A stretch of 64,000 nucleotides of DNA from Chiloscyllium plagiosum (GCF_004010195.1 NC_057719.1:72824088-72888087); one strand, 5' to 3'; counted from the stretch's first letter, positions 36,546 through 52,324 are shown. Numbers and translations are program-made. Notes: generated from the sequence alone by a model not told the origin.

Positions 36546-37708
36546 CTAAGATGAAAGAAGAACAATTTCTTAGAAACATGAGAGAAAAATAAAAGCATAA
36601 ATACTGAAAAATAAATCAGATTTTGGCAAAATTTTTAATAGGACCTAAAATATCCCATTATAATGTATTATACATTGAAATGTTAGCCTATTTAGACTGA
36701 ACTCTTATTTAGGTATTTCTTTAACCATATGAAAAACAGGTAGAGGTTGCTGCCTTGCGCCTTTCTATAGAAGGATACACTTTTAAGGTTCATCAGCAAA
36801 GGTATCTGCTGATACCTTAATTTTATTCCTTGTTTTTGTTCTCAAGTTATTGACTCAGGCTCAGGTCACAGCATCATTTGTCCGATGGTACCTTACCCAA
36901 AGCCAAAAGAGAGATTTTTTAATCTGAGTGAAGGCAATTAGATCTTCAGGGACATCAAAGCCAAACCTGATTCTTCCTGATGTTTGCAAGTGTATTTTTC
37001 ATTGTTTGGATAGTTCTTAAGAGTAAGGTCTCTGAATTCATCACTATTTAGCTCATCACCAGTTAATTCACCAGATTAGAAACAAAACCTTTATTCTTTC
37101 TTATCTGTATGTTTTAGTGCTGCATCATGTCATGTTTTAACAAATAAGTCTTTCCATTAACGTGCTTGTGACATTTCATGAAGTTTTCTGACAATAAGCA
37201 TTTCATGCTCTATGTCAATTAGTGCGTGAGCCCAAATATTAATTAGCTAAATTCAGAAACATGCTCCATTTTAAATTTGTTCAAAAATGTTCTCCCCTCT
37301 TCTGCTGAAAAGATTTACTTAGGTATTGTTCCAGAAATATTTCAGTAACTCTTTTGTGCATCAACCTGGATGATGATGCATTCAAAATATGAGGGGAATT
37401 ACAGCCAAGACCAATGTTATTTTCCTCTAATATCTACATATACATTTTTATTCAGTGGTAACTGCATTGCAATAAAGACAGAAACTCTTGCTGGTTTCCA
37501 CTTACTCGAGGTCATTTTAGCATCCTAGCCCCTGTACCACTTTGGCATTTTGAATAGTTTAATGTAAGATTCTGCAGTCACTCAGATGCAGATCAGTAGT
37601 AGGATGAAGAAAATTGAAAACTTCCACCAAGAATGAATTCTACAAGGGAAATGATCTCCTATTATCATCATGAACATCGCAATTGATAAGCTAATTGAAC
37701 ACCAATTA

Positions 37709-37929
37709 GACTCAGTTCTGATATAAAGCAAAAGTTCTGTTCTCATGCGATCTTGCGTTATAAGAAAATCACGCATCAGCTGTGCCATTTAAACTGTTGG
37801 GGCCAGAATCGCGTAATAACCAATACAGGTAAGGAAAGTTCACGTTCTACAAATAACGGTCTAAATTCTTCAAGCACGTTAAAGCCAATTCACATTGAAG
37901 AAACATGCACTATAACAGAACCGACTATC
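37709..37929. mobile_element. Tigger/pogo-like MITE
   Basis: Imperfect terminal inverted repeats ctcagttctgatataa ... ctataacagaaccgact. Confidence 0.5.
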
Positions 37930-37954
37930 CGATCAAATTTTGGATCGAAGTAGA

Positions 37955-38191
37955 TCAGGCGACTGACTGTGCAAACTCCACACATTCTCCCCGTGTCTGT
38001 GTGGGTTTCCTCCAGGTGCTCCGGTTTCCTCCCACAGTCCAAAAATGTCCAGGTTAGGTGAATTGGCCACACTAAATTGCCCGTAGTGTTAGATGTAGGG
38101 GAATGGGTATGGGTGGGTGCGCTTTGGCGGATCGGTGTGGACTTGTTGGGCCGAAGGGCCTGTTTCCACACTAAGTAATCTAATCTAATCT
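37955..38191 (+). mobile_element. HE1 SINE, 5'-truncated
   Basis: V-domain and (TAATC)n tail. Confidence 0.88.
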
Positions 38192-38256
38192 ACGACAGCG
38201 CAGTTTATAAAATACAGAAAGATGCATTTTTGACAATGTTTATTTGATTTTAACTA

Positions 38257-38550
<294 letters not shown>

Positions 38551-38674
38551 TTATTCCCTTCAAATTAGAGAGAAGTTTGGGAGCTGGTGTTGAAGAGGAG
38601 GAAAAACTTACAATCTTTGCCACAACTTAGATGTTTGCTGTGTATTGTCAAAATATTACTGTGCACAAGATGAG

Positions 38675-39037
38675 AACAGGTGACCTTATAGAAGTTTATA
38701 AACTCTTGATGGGCATCGATCGGTGAATAGCCAAGATCTTTTCTCCGGGGTAGTGGAGACCAAAACTAGAGAGCATAGCTGTAAGGTGAGGGGGAATAAT
38801 TTAAAAAGGACCGAATGGGCAATCTTTCCACGCAGAGGATGGTGCGTGTATAGAATGAGCTGCCACAGGAAGTGGTGGAGGCTGGTACAATTACATCTGG
38901 ATGGGTAGATGAATAGGAAAGGTTGAGAGGGATGTGGTCCAAGTTCTGGCAAATGGGACTAGACTAGGTTAGGATATCTGGTCGGCATGGATGGGTTGGA
39001 CCAAAGGGCCTGTTTCTCTGCTGTCAAACTCTATGAC
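38675..39037 (+). mobile_element. CR1 (HER1-like) 3' end
   Basis: GDLIEVYK motif; tail similar to 5215-5563. Confidence 0.85.
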
Positions 39038-39918
39038 TTTTGGTGACAGCTAAGTTGGCCAATCTTTGGTCCACACTGAATCACACACTCTGTTCTAAAG
39101 TAAATAGCAACAAACATAATCCAAAAATATTCTGCTACTGGAGCTTCAATAGTCACAGCTATTGATTTAGGGATGAAGAAGAGGATTGTGCACTTAAGGA
39201 ATTTTGATCCCTTCCATCCATGGATTGACATGAACCAACTGAACGTCCAGCCTGACAGCAGAGTTAGGAGGCAATTCCTTTGTGTAATAGGTATAGAATA
39301 GAGATACAGCAAATAATTCAAAGGTCTAAATAATAATCAAAAGAAAACTACAAGTCACAACAATGAAGCAACAGAAAGGGAAACAGATAAACCTTGAATT
39401 GAATCTACTCATCTAGTGTCAGATTACTGTTCTTGTACCCATTTTCATTTGAAGACACTGTTCATGCTCCCGACATTTCTGGGTCCAACCTCTAATGCAG
39501 GAGGCTTCAGAAGTGCACAGTAGATCATTAATACAGCTAAATTCCCAGTGTGGGACAGCTGGGGAAAGCCAAGTCATGCTGCCTTCTTATCTTCAGCAGT
39601 AACTGCATATTCTGGTTTTTTGTAGAAGCAACAAAGAGGATTGATGAGAACAGAGAGGTGGATGTGATCTATATGGACTTCAGTACGGTGCTTGACAAGG
39701 TTCCTCATGGCACACTGGTCAGCAAGATGAGATCTCATGGAACACAGGGAAAACGAGCCCTGTGGATACAGAACTGGCTCGAAGCTAAAGACAGAGGGTG
39801 GTGGTGTAGGTTTGCTTTTCAGACTTGGGGACATGGACTTTAGAATTGGTGTTGGTTGGCTCTGGTGTCGAGGACTGTCCATGTACAATTGTGTGTGCTG
39901 CTAGTGGAAGTGATGGAG

Positions 39919-40610
39919 CCAAAAAACATGGTGCTGGAAAAGCACAGCAGGTCAGGCAGGATCAGAGAAGCAGAAGGGTCAACATTTTGGGCAAAAGCCC
40001 TTCATCGGGGGGAGCACAAAGGGGCTGAGATCTAAATGGGAGGGGGGGGGTGGTGGAAGATAGCTTGGAAGGATGAGGCATTCTTCTTCCAGGCGTTAGG
40101 TGGCTTGAATTTGGCAGTGGAGGATCACTCCACATCCGGCAGAGATTCTCCTGCACCTCCAAACACCTCAACTACTGTATCCGTTGTCTCGATGTGGTCT
40201 CCTCCACATTGGAGAGGCAGGACACCCAACTTGTGGAACGGTTCAGAGAATATGTCCAGGACACATGCACCCAACAATCCCACAACCCTGTGGCCGACCA
40301 CATCAACTCCCCCTCCCACTTCACCAAGGACATGCAAGTCCTGGGCCTCGTCCACTGCCATATACAAGCCACCTGACGCCTGGAGGAGGAAAGCCTCATC
40401 TTCTACCTTGGGACCTTCCAACCACACAGCATCAATGTCGATTTCACTAGTTTCCTTATCTCCCCTCCCCCCACCTTATCTCAGATCCAACCCTCCAACT
40501 CGGCACTGCCTGCTTGAACTATCTATCGGTCTTCCTTCCCCTCCGCTCTGACCGATCACCATCATCTCCCCACCTTCACCTACCTATCGCCTCCCCAGCT
40601 ACCTTCCACA
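39919..40610. mobile_element. Inverted PLE of the first family; probable 3' end displaced to 45083-45150 by a CR1 insertion
   Basis: Minus arm 39919-~40128 with decayed HHR; plus arm with GIY-YIG region (IRCLDVVSSTLE../VADHINS). Confidence 0.8.
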
Positions 40611-40614
40611 TCAC

Positions 40615-43600
40615 GAAAAGAAGGTAACTTTAAATTATAATAACTTACCTCGGGAGTTCAGTGTTCTTCATTTGTTCAGCGGCAGTTGGAGTGCAAGAAG
40701 CGACAGCCAGGACCAGAGGCCCGATGGGAAATAACTTTAAAATATAAAAACTTACCTTGGCTGAGCGAACACTGAGTAGAAACAGGCACGGGACTGCTGG
40801 GTAAGTGAGGCTTTTAAAGGAACAGCAGAGAGAGAGCCACAGCGAGGCACAGAGGACTGCTGGGTATATATTTGGACAGTGGCTGAATCCTGAGACACTA
40901 CACATGTAGGGTCTCCCACCCGCCCTCCCTCTTGAACCAAACAAAAGGAGGCTCGTGTGTTGCTAAGCGAAGGCATTTCAACTCATATTTCTTGTGTATC
41001 ATGTGACTGATTAAAAGTTTATTATTAGTTGTTTAGTTGAATAAAACCATAGAGAAGTACAAGAAATTATTTAACTCATAAATTTGTATAAATTAATTAA
41101 ATAAGTAGAGATGGCTGAACAGGTGATGTGCTGTAGCTGTATGATATGGGAACTGGCTGATCCCAATGTGAACGGCAGTGACCACATCTGCAGCATATGT
41201 TGGTTGCTGGAAGAACTCCGGATCGGAATTGATGATCTGGAATCTGAGCTTCAAACACTGCTGCACATCCGGGAGGGGGAAGAGTTACCTGGACGCTTTT
41301 TTTTTAACAGGAGGCAGACACTCAGTAGATTAAGTAATTCAAATACAGTTAGTGATCAGGGACAACAGGGTGGGACTGTAAGTGAGGCAGGCAGGGGATT
41401 CTGAGTTCTGGAGAGGAGGAGCCTCAGCCCTTGACCTTGTCGAAGAGGTAGGAGATTATTGCTCCCTGTATGGATAAGAGAAAGGGCTATGGACAGGATG
41501 AGCCACTGACCACGGCACCATGGTGCAGAAGGCCATTCAAGAGGGGGAGCAAAAAGACGAGTAGTTGTTATAGGGGATTCTATAATTCGGGGGACAGATA
41601 ATATCCTTTGAGAGCCGAACTTGGAGTCCCGCAAGGTGTGTTGCCTGCACGGTGCCGGGTGCAGGACATCTCCAATTGGCTTGAAAGGATATTGGAGGGA
41701 GAAGATCCAGTTGTTGTGGTCCAAGTTAGCACTAACAACATAGGCAAGGCGAGGAAGGAGGACTTGTTTGGGGAGTATCAAACACTAGGAAGGAAATTGT
41801 AAAACAGGTCCTCGAGGGTCATAATCTCTGGATTACTGCCCGAGCCGCATGCTAATTGGCAGAGGGATAAGAAAATTAGGGAAGTAAACACGTGGCTAAG
41901 AGACTGGTGTGGGAAAGAGGGATTCCATTTCATGGGACATTGGCATCAGTTTTGGAACCGGGTGGTCTGTACTGATGGGATGGTCTCCACCTGAACCGAT
42001 CTGGAACCAGTGTTCTGGTGAAAAGGATAAATAGGGTGGTCACTAGGACTTTAAACTTGAGAATCGGGGGGGAAGGGAAAAGGAAAGCAACAGGGAGTAT
42101 GGAGTCAAGTAGAAAGATAAGCAGCATGTTAGCATGTGTGCAGGGTTGAAGTTCAACGCAAACTAGGAATGAAGCAAAAAGGAAGCATAACCTAGGACAT
42201 ATTAGAGATGTTGGAAATCATGAGGATAAGAAAATTAGCATTAAGGCGCTTTACCTGAATACTCATAGTATTCGTAAAAAAGTAGATGAATTAACAGCAC
42301 AAATCATCATCAATGATTATGATGTAGTAGGCATCACAGAGACATGTTGCAGGGGTTCAGGATTGGCAGTTAAACATCCAAGGATTTACAAGTTATCGAA
42401 AAGAAGAGGTGGGCAGGGGACTCGGGGTTTCCTTGTTAGTTAAGAATGAAATTAAATCTATGGCACTGAATGACAGAGGGTCAGATGATATGGAGTCTGT
42501 TTGGGTGGAGTTGAGGAACCACAAAGGTAAAAAAATTATAATGGGAGTTATGTACAAACCTCCCAGCATTGGTCAGGACCAGGGCGCAAGATGTACCAGG
42601 AAATAGGTCGGACATGTCAGAAAGGCATGGTCACGGTGATTATGTGGGACTTCAATATGCAAATGGTCTGGGTGAAGAGTGTTGCCAGTGGATCCAAAGA
42701 AAGGAAATTCATGGAATGCTTACAGGATGGCTTTTTTGGAACAGCTTGTGATGGAACCCACAGGGAGCAGGCTATTCTGGACTTAGTGCTATGTAATGAG
42801 CCAGACTTTATAAAAGATCTTAAAGTAAGGGAACACTTAGGAGGCAGCGATCATAATATGGTACAGTTCAATCTGCAGTTTGAAAGAGAGAAGGCAAAAT
42901 CGGAAGTAAAGCTGTCACATTTAAACAAAGGTAATTATAGAGCCATGAGAGAGGAACTGATGAAAATTGACTGGAAGCAGACCCTAGTGGGGAAGACAAT
43001 TGAGCAACAATGGCAGGAGCTTCTGGATGTAATTGAGGACGCTGTACAGAGGTTCATCCCAAAGAAAAGAAAGATTATCCGGGGAGCAGATTAGACAGCC
43101 ATGGCTGACAAAGGAAATCAGGAAATGTATCAAAGGAAAAGAGAGCCTATAAAGTGTCCCAGAGCGCTGGGAAATCAGAAGATTGGGAAGACTACAAAAA
43201 ACAAACAGAGGATAACAAAAGAGAGAAATAAGGAAGGAGAGGATTAAATATGAAGGTAAGCAGGCCAGTAATATTAGAAATGATAGTAAAAGTTTTTTCA
43301 TTACATAAGAAACAAACGAGAGGCAAAAATAGAAATTCAGCCACTCCAAATTGATGCAGGAAGGCTAGTGATGGGAGATAAGGAAATAGTTGAAGAACTT
43401 AACAAGTACTTTGCGTCAGTCTTCACAATGGAAGACATGAATCATATCCAAACAATTAAGGAGAGTCAGGGGGAAGAGTTGAGTATGGTAACCATTACAA
43501 AAGAGAAAGTGCTAGAAAAGCTCAAAGGTCTAAAAATTGATAAATCTCCTGGCCCCAGTGGGCGACATCCTAGAGTTCTGAGGGAGGTGGCTGAGGAAAT

Positions 43601-45082
43601 AGTGGAGGGATTGGTTGTGATATTTCAAAAGTCACTGGAGTCAGGGAAAGTCCCAGATGATTGGAAAATCACCATTGTAACCCCCTTGTTCAAGAAAGAA
43701 TCAAGACAAAAGATGGAAAATTATAAGCCAATTAGCCTAACCTCGGTTATAGGTAAAATTCTAGAATCCATTGTTAAGGATGAGATTTCTAAATTCTTGG
43801 AAATGCAGGGTCGTATTAAAACAAGTCAGCATGGATTTAGTAAGGGGAGGTCGTGCCTGAATTCTTTGAAGAGGTAACAAGTAGGTTAGACCACAGAAAC
43901 CCAGTGGATGTTATCTATCTAGACTTCCAAAAGGCCTTTAATAAGGTGCTGCTGAGTAAGGGGAGGGCCCCTGGTGTTTAAGGTGAGCTACTGGCATGGA
44001 TTGAGGATTGGCTGTCTGACAGAAGGCAGAGAGTCGGGATAAAAGGTTCTCTTTTGGAAAGGCAGCCGTTGACAAGTAGTGTCCTGCAGGGTTCAGTGTT
44101 GGGGCCGCAGCTGTTCACTTTAATATATTAGTGATTTGGATGAAGGGATTGGGGGCATTCTGGCAAAGTTTGCCGATGATACGAAGTTAGGCAGAACAGG
44201 CAGGTAGTTCCGAGGAAGTGGGGAGGCTACAGAAAGATTTTGACAGTTTAGGAGAGTGGTCCAGGAAATGGCTGATGAAATTCAACATGAGCAAGTGAGC
44301 GGTCTTGCACTTTGGAAAAAAGAATACAGAAATGGACTATTTTCTAAACGGTGAGAAAATTCATAAAGCCAAAATACAAAGGGATCTGGGAGTGCTAGTC
44401 CAGGATTTTCTAAAGGTTGACTTGCAGGTTGAGTCCGTGGTTAAGAAAGTAAATGCAATGTTGTCATTTATCTCAAGAGAGTTGGAATATAAAAGCAGTG
44501 ATGTACTTCTAAGACTTTATAAAACTCTAGTTAGACCCTATTTAGAATACTGTGTCCAATTCTGGGCCCCACACCTCAGGAAGGACATACTGGCACTGGA
44601 GCATGTCCAGCAGAGATTCACACGGATGATCCCTGGAATGGTAGGCCTAACATGATGAATGGCTGAGGATCTGGAATTGTATTCATTAGTGTTTAGAAAA
44701 TTGACGGGAGATGTAATAGAAACTTACAAGATAATGCATGGCTTAGAAAAGGGTGGCACTGGGAATTTTTTTCCATTGGCGGGGAGACTAGGACCAGTGG
44801 GCACACCCCCTTGAATTAGAGGGGGTCAAGTTAGAACAGAAATGAGTAGACATTTCTTCAGCCAAAGAGTGGTGGGTCTGTGGAATTCATTGTTACGGAG
44901 TGCAATGGAGGCCGGGTCGTTAAATGTCTTCAAGGCAGAGATTGACAAATTCTTGAAAATGCAAGGAATTAAGAACCGCGGGGAGAGTGAGGGTAAGTGG
45001 AGTTGAAATGCTCATCAGTTATGATTGAATGGCGGAATGGACTCGATGGGCCAAATGGCCTTTCTTCCACTCATAGACCTTA
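40615..45082 (+). mobile_element. Near-full-length CR1 LINE, antisense in a HEATR5A intron
   Basis: ORF1 from 41111 (CCSC..CSIC zinc finger, VIGDSIIRG, STNNIG, DGLHLN); ORF2 EN (SDHN) and RT (QGSVLGP, FADD); 3' tail; multiple stops and frameshifts. Confidence 0.93.
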
Positions 45083-45639
45083 TGCTGCCTGACTGGCTGT
45101 ACTGTTCCAGTACCTCACGTTTTGACTCCGATCTCCAGCATCTGCAGTCCTGTGGTGTAAGTTTTGTTCTTGGCCAGTAGTTGGCAGTAAGTTTTATTTC
45201 TGCAAACTTTTCCATTAAAAGTCTCTCAGTCTAACTTTTTTTTGGAGATTCCAGATACTGTGTAATGGACCATCAGAAGTTCTAACTTTCTGGGAAATTC
45301 TCAAACAAACAGTCAGCTGCATTGGGACCTCTGCATTACCCTGATGTTTATCTTCCCATCTATGTTATTTTAACATGCTTTTGTAAAAGCAGAGATTTGT
45401 ACAAAATGTAAACAATTTATCTTTTCCTATAATAAAATTTGGTGCATTTATCAGAGATACAAAGCAGATACCCGTCAAAAGCATCAAATGGAAAGGAAGT
45501 TACAAATGGGAATAGCTACTGTAAGTCTACGAAGCAAACCTGAGCAAATAAATTTTCAACACTAAAATTAAGATACAAGTATGAATCTATTAACTGAAAG
45601 CTTCATTTAAAAAAAATTGGACACATTGGCTAGGAATCC

Positions 45640-46010
45640 AAAATGTTTCACAAACTCCCTGCAAAAGTCCTTATTGTGTTTTTGGGATTAATCTTCCTTT
45701 TATGATTCAGCTGCACAGACCCTCCAAGTAAGCTTACCTAACTGACCTCCTGAACATTCTTCATATTTATTGTTCCACTACTGATCAGCTACTGTGGACT
45801 AAAGGTCTGGAGTTAACTTTCTAAACTGCCAACTCTCCATATCTCTCTTGACTCCTTTAAGCACTCTTTAAACCCAGCTTTGTTACAGACTTTAGGTTGC
45901 ATGCCTCAGAAGTTCCTGATGTGGCTCTGTATCAAACTTTGTTTGACAATGTTCTTGTGCAGCACCTTCACACATTTAACAATGTTTAGGCTGCTATACA
46001 AATACAAGAT
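45640..46010 (+). mobile_element. L2 LINE 3' end (old)
   Basis: Tail tcctttaagcactc...ctgctatacaaatacaag; related antisense piece at ~47360-47650. Confidence 0.55.
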
Positions 46011-46139
46011 CTTACAATCCTGCAAGACATTGTTATATATTAAGGACATCATATACATACAAGTTCTTGTAGTTAATGATGAGAAACTGCTTTTTCTCTT
46101 AACAAGTTGAAATATTCTTGTAAGAAAATACATTGTTTA

Positions 46140-46406
<267 letters not shown>

Positions 46407-47014
46407 TCAAAATAATTGGAGCATGTCCAATGAATTGAAAAATGCGTACAAAATTAAGTTTCTATTAAACCTTTAAAAGAATTGACTGTATATTTTTGAA
46501 AACCATTTCTTCAAAGTTCTTCTTTGGCTCAAAGAACAAATGGTGGAGACTGGCTCAGGTTCCGAACAAATATTCTGAATCTGGCTGCATGCTTGCACAC
46601 GAATGTAACCTGGATACATTCTTTAATTAATTGGTAACATCATGGAACTAATCTACTACCCATCAATTCAGAAAAAAAAACTTTGATTTATGAAGAATCT
46701 TTCATGTTCTCATGGCAGAAAATTAAGAGACAGCAAGGTTTCACAAGCACATGATAGACTATTTATTTACTTTCCTAATTTTTTTTGTTTCCGAAGATTT
46801 TGCTCTTCAGCATCGGTACGTGGGTACTTTTGTACACAAGATGCGCTGTAATGTGGCAACTGTAAGCTTTTCACTATATGCACTTGAGTATATGTGACAA
46901 TAAAACTAATTCAGTTCAAAATGCTGGGAATAATCATCACATATCTGCATCTGAAGAGTGAGGAATGAGTAAAGAAACATGTTTTGTACGGTGTCTTTAA
47001 CATAAAATAACAAA

Positions 47015-47333
47015 TTAGATTTTTAGATTACATTACAGTGTGGAAACAAGCCCTTCGGCCCAACAAGTCCACACCGCCCCGCCGAAGCGCAACCCACCCA
47101 TACCCCTACATCTACCCCTTACCTAACACTACGGGCAATTTAGCATGGCCAATTCACCTGACCTGCACATCTTTGGATTGTGGGAGGAAACCGGAGCACC
47201 CGGAGGAAACCCATGCAGACACGGGGAGAACGTGCAAACTCCACACAGTCAGTCGCCTGAGGCGGGAATTGAACCCAGGTCTCTGGCGCTGTGAGGCAGC
47301 AGTACTAACCACGGAGCCACCATGCCCCCCCAC
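47015..47333 (-). mobile_element. HE1 SINE, full length
   Basis: tRNA head, V-domain, tail. Confidence 0.93.
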
Positions 47334-47939
47334 AAATGAGTATTATGAAGCAAAAAGTGACATCAAATCACATGAGGAAATATTAGAAAGTTGATAAAGT
47401 TTTGTCCAAGAAGCAGGTTTCAAGAATCGTCTGAATGGAAAAAGAGATGGAGAGGCAGAGAGGTTTCAGAGGGAATTTCCATTTCATAGGGCTTTGAAGC
47501 TAAAGGCATTAAAGGTGGAACATTTAAAACCAACAATACTCAAGGCTATAATTAATGGAATCCAGATCTGAAGTTGGGGATTGCAGGAGATTAGAGTTTG
47601 GAGGAGCAAGGCCATGGAGGGATTGAAAACAAGGATGAAAATTTTATGTGTAAATACTGCAATTTTTATTTTACTTCATTTGATTATGCCATATCCAAGT
47701 GCTGGCAGGCTATTCAGCATCACCACAGCTGAACTTGATTTTTTTTATCATTTCTAGTCGGAGCCAGCTGATAATCAAAAATCAGTCTTAAGATGATTTT
47801 AGTCAGCGACACTGTGCACGTTGAGGCTCATTGCAGTACCGCACCTTATCCCCAGTTGAGTTTTGCTAATTGACAGATGTAAATTGGTAAAAGTTGCCAA
47901 TAATAGACATTGATATATTATATAGATTTTCCAAAATCA

Positions 47940-48266
<327 letters not shown>

Positions 48267-48739
48267 TTAATTATACATGAAATTAACACTGAAACACATT
48301 TTGTTGTTATTTTTACATAAAACTTGATAGCTCAATAGATAAACAAAGGAATTTGCAGAATCACAATAATTGTTACAGTACAGGAGGTCTTCATTCAGCT
48401 CAGTATTTCTCTATTCGGCTCTCCAAATGAGCAATACAATTAGTTGCATTCTATCCTGCACATTCAGATCAAGACGTTCAAGGCTCAATTCATGATTTAT
48501 GCCATGTTTGCTGAACATGACGACAATGAACTAGGGACACTATAATTGATATATATGCCTGCATGTCGAACAGTCATTGATAAAATAAGTCACTTGTGTG
48601 TATTTTGGGTAGATAGGAGGTAGTGACCATGAGGACACATCCTATTACACATGCCTAATGGCAGTTTGTTTCTCGTTTACAAGTCATAACAAATTACTTA
48701 CAATTTACTTTTAAGCAGAGTTATGCAATCACATACAAT

Positions 48740-49060
48740 GGCAGATATGAATTTAAACCTGATATGAAGCACAATATGCATTCTTTTCAATATAGCCATG
48801 CTTGCTCAGGATGACTATTATAGAACCTTTGTCAGGCTTGCAAATATGGATGTCTGGATAGGTCATGAGGCCTTGCAACATTACTAGGTATTTGTACTGT
48901 GTGAGAATATCAGTGAAGTCATTTGATGTTGCAAAATATGCCTGTGTCTGATCAGCTAAGCATGTTTTCACAGATTTGTCACTGGTCATTGGTTAATGGC
49001 AGAACATAAGAAAAACAAAAATGAAGCCTTGCATGAGGACAAACTTCAGAGAGATTCACA
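48740..49060 (-). mobile_element. Old PLE fragment (N-terminal RT, DKG motif)
   Basis: DIHICKPDKGSIIVILSK in ORF 48753-48989. Confidence 0.65.
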
Positions 49061-50159
49061 GCAAGTTTAGTGGTATCATGAATTATTTTCATCGAATAAT
49101 ATTTTAAAGCAACTTATGAAAAAATAGCAGATTACTGACTGCTAGAGAAAAACTACTCAATCCTTCAGTCTAAATAAGTATGAAGCACACTGAATTGGTT
49201 AAACATTAAACACTGTGCCTCGAAAATCAGAATTTCTGTCCTCTGCACTTGTCCATTCCCAAACAACCATCAAATCTATGTAAATATATTTTCAAGTTTG
49301 ATTACTTGGGCTCAGAAATGGTAATGCTAGCTAATTTTAGCTTTTGACCCCAAAATGTGGCAGAGTTTTCCATGCCAAAGTGATAATCCTGAGCTACACC
49401 AGGCAATGTTTAATACAGAGTTGATCTTCATGGCATAGTCCATCATTTTGAAACTTGGAAGGCTGATATCATAATATGAAGTGGGAATATTCAAAACGGA
49501 TTGGTACTGTGACAATATATTAGTCTATGAGAAATTAACTGTACAAGTTGTCACTTACACTGAAACATTGCTTGTTCTAAATTCAAGCAAAATATTCTCG
49601 ACTAATAAGTACTCAACTAATTACTAAGTATTCTCATGACAACCAAAAAGGAAAAAAGGGGGTGGGAAAAGAGAACAGGAAGCTATATGTCTTTCGAACA
49701 GATCACTGCAAAGTGCTCTAGTGATCCCAGGTTTTCCTGTATTTAATTGGTTTGAGAATATTTAATAATTGGAAGCATATTTATATTTGGACACTGAAAC
49801 TGGTGCTTGAAGTATGCCATTTTCTGCAATTGTGTATCAAAGTAAAACTTAAATTTCAACTAAGAGATCTATTAACTTAAAATACCATAATGTTGTTTCC
49901 ATCAACTCTTACCTCTTTTACTCTATGATGATGATTTTGGTCCCATTCATCATTTCAAATGCTTAATCAAATTAATAAATCATGTGCAAAACAAAGGGCA
50001 CAGATGTGCAGTTCAACTTTTGCACTATGCAATAGTATAAAATATAAGTGCAACCAATTATTAAATATTCTTATACCAAGGTATTGCTATACTGAACAGT
50101 TTTGGTGCAAAGGGTTTGCTAAGTTTACAAACTTCTTTGCCAATTGATGTATTCTATTA

Positions 50160-50336
<177 letters not shown>

Positions 50337-50384
50337 TCATATCAATGTCAGTTAAAGAAATACACATATGGACAATAAATAATC

Positions 50385-50720
50385 AGCCGGCCCTCAAGTT
50401 TTCTCATTGTATTGAAGCCAAACAGAGATACACGTGAGAATTCCTAGAAGCATGGCATTCCAACCGGAACTCTATCAACAAATACATTCACTTGGACCCC
50501 ATTAACCAGCCCCTGAGAAAAAAAACAGGAAATGACATCACCAGCCCAAAGAAACCCATACATATAAATAGAAAACATGAATCACCAGCTGTGCTTTGTT
50601 TGAGGCTCACTGAATATGTTACCTCGTATGGTGAAGAAATGTCTGAAAATGAACCTTCCAGCACAGTGAGCAAACCTACATCCAGAACCCCAACCTGAGC
50701 TACAAATCTTCTCAAAACAC
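50385..50720 (+). mobile_element. 3' fragment of the second PLE family
   Basis: Near-identical to 30400-30718; decayed HHR at 50610-50639. Confidence 0.85.
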
Positions 50721-52324
50721 GGTCACAGTTCATTCCAATCCAGTTATGAATAGATGCTAGCATATGTGCACTTCAACCAGGAACAAATCAGAGAAGCTAT
50801 ATTCTAATTTAACGTTTATTGAGAAGCCCGTACACTCTGCAGTCTTAATCACCAAATCAAATCACATGAAACCAGCACTATCCCAGTTTAGGTCCATTAA
50901 TTAAGCACCAATCAAAATGTTGAAACCAGTATTTTTGTAGTCTGTAAGACTTAGTACATACAAAATGATTAATTCAACTGAATGGTGGTAAAAATGAATT
51001 TCAGCCAGTCAAAATACAAATCATAAACACATTCTTCCGTGCATCATGATTCTAGATTAATATAAATTTCATCAAAAAAAAAAGAGGAAAATAGCTGGGT
51101 CAAGAAAATGAAGTTTCAGAGTGAGCCTTAACTGCTATGGAGAATATAGACTCAAGAGGTTTTAGTATATGTAAAATTTGGGTTGCGTATAAACTCCAAC
51201 TTGTTCCGAACCGTAAGTAACTGCATCATAAGGAATGCTATTTAACCAGTTTTGAGAGCTCTCAGATCTAAGTCAATCTGCACACGAACATGCAGACTAG
51301 TTGACCTCTACTTCAAAAGATTGGGACAGATACCTCCTTCACGGCGCTTATTCGTGATCACTACCCAGTTACCTTGGTTTTAAGTGAACTTGTGGATCAT
51401 GGCAAGAAAAGAATTTGGTTCACTGATGTTAGTCGCATGATAAACATTCATTGGAAATTCTCATGTGCAAAGACAATCATGTGGGACAGGTTCTGGCATT
51501 GAGTTGAGAAAAAAAAGTAGTGAGAGAGAGAGGCGAAAAGATTAAAATCATGTCTGGAACCAATATATTATCGGTCAGTTTTAACTAATATTTTAGCTCA
51601 GACTGAATCAGATTTCTTTGCTTTGCAACTTCTCTGCTGTAAAACAGGAAAAACAAGTAATGACAAGGGTAACAAAACATAATTTAAATGCATTAAGATA
51701 GTTATTTATAAATATGCAAAGAGAAAAAACATTCAATGCAATTTCAAAACCAGCACTTATACAATCTAATTAAAGCCATAATAGTCCAGGTAAGTCAGAC
51801 AGGATACAATACGGAATAGTGGGAAAACAATTTTTCCAATTTGTTTGAACAATCCAATGAAACAGTAGTCACTTAAAAGCAGATTTTCAATTTTACTCAG
51901 TGGTATTTCACACAGCATACCTATTGGTCACTGCATGTGTGTTTATTCATACAAAACTGAAAGCACTGCCTTAACCATCAATTTTCAAATTTTCACTCCT
52001 ACTTTAAGATTTCCCAAATGTGTTTGTATTAATCCCCCAGTACATTGCCCAACTTTCATTTCCATGCTTGGGAAAAAAAACAGGTTAGTGGATTGTTTAT
52101 TTTAGTGTTTTTGTTTATTTTAGTGATGTATTATTGAGTTAAAATCAACTCTTTCAAATATTCATATTTTTGTATTTTCAACAGGAATAAATGAATAACA
52201 ATTGAGAGTACAAAGTAATTATTCCCCTTTCTAGGCTAGGATGTTCAAATTAATTATTGAAATCCAAATTCAGTCAGTCAGTTAGTTTATGGCAGGATGT
52301 GAACCCAGGATTCTTTCACCATCA

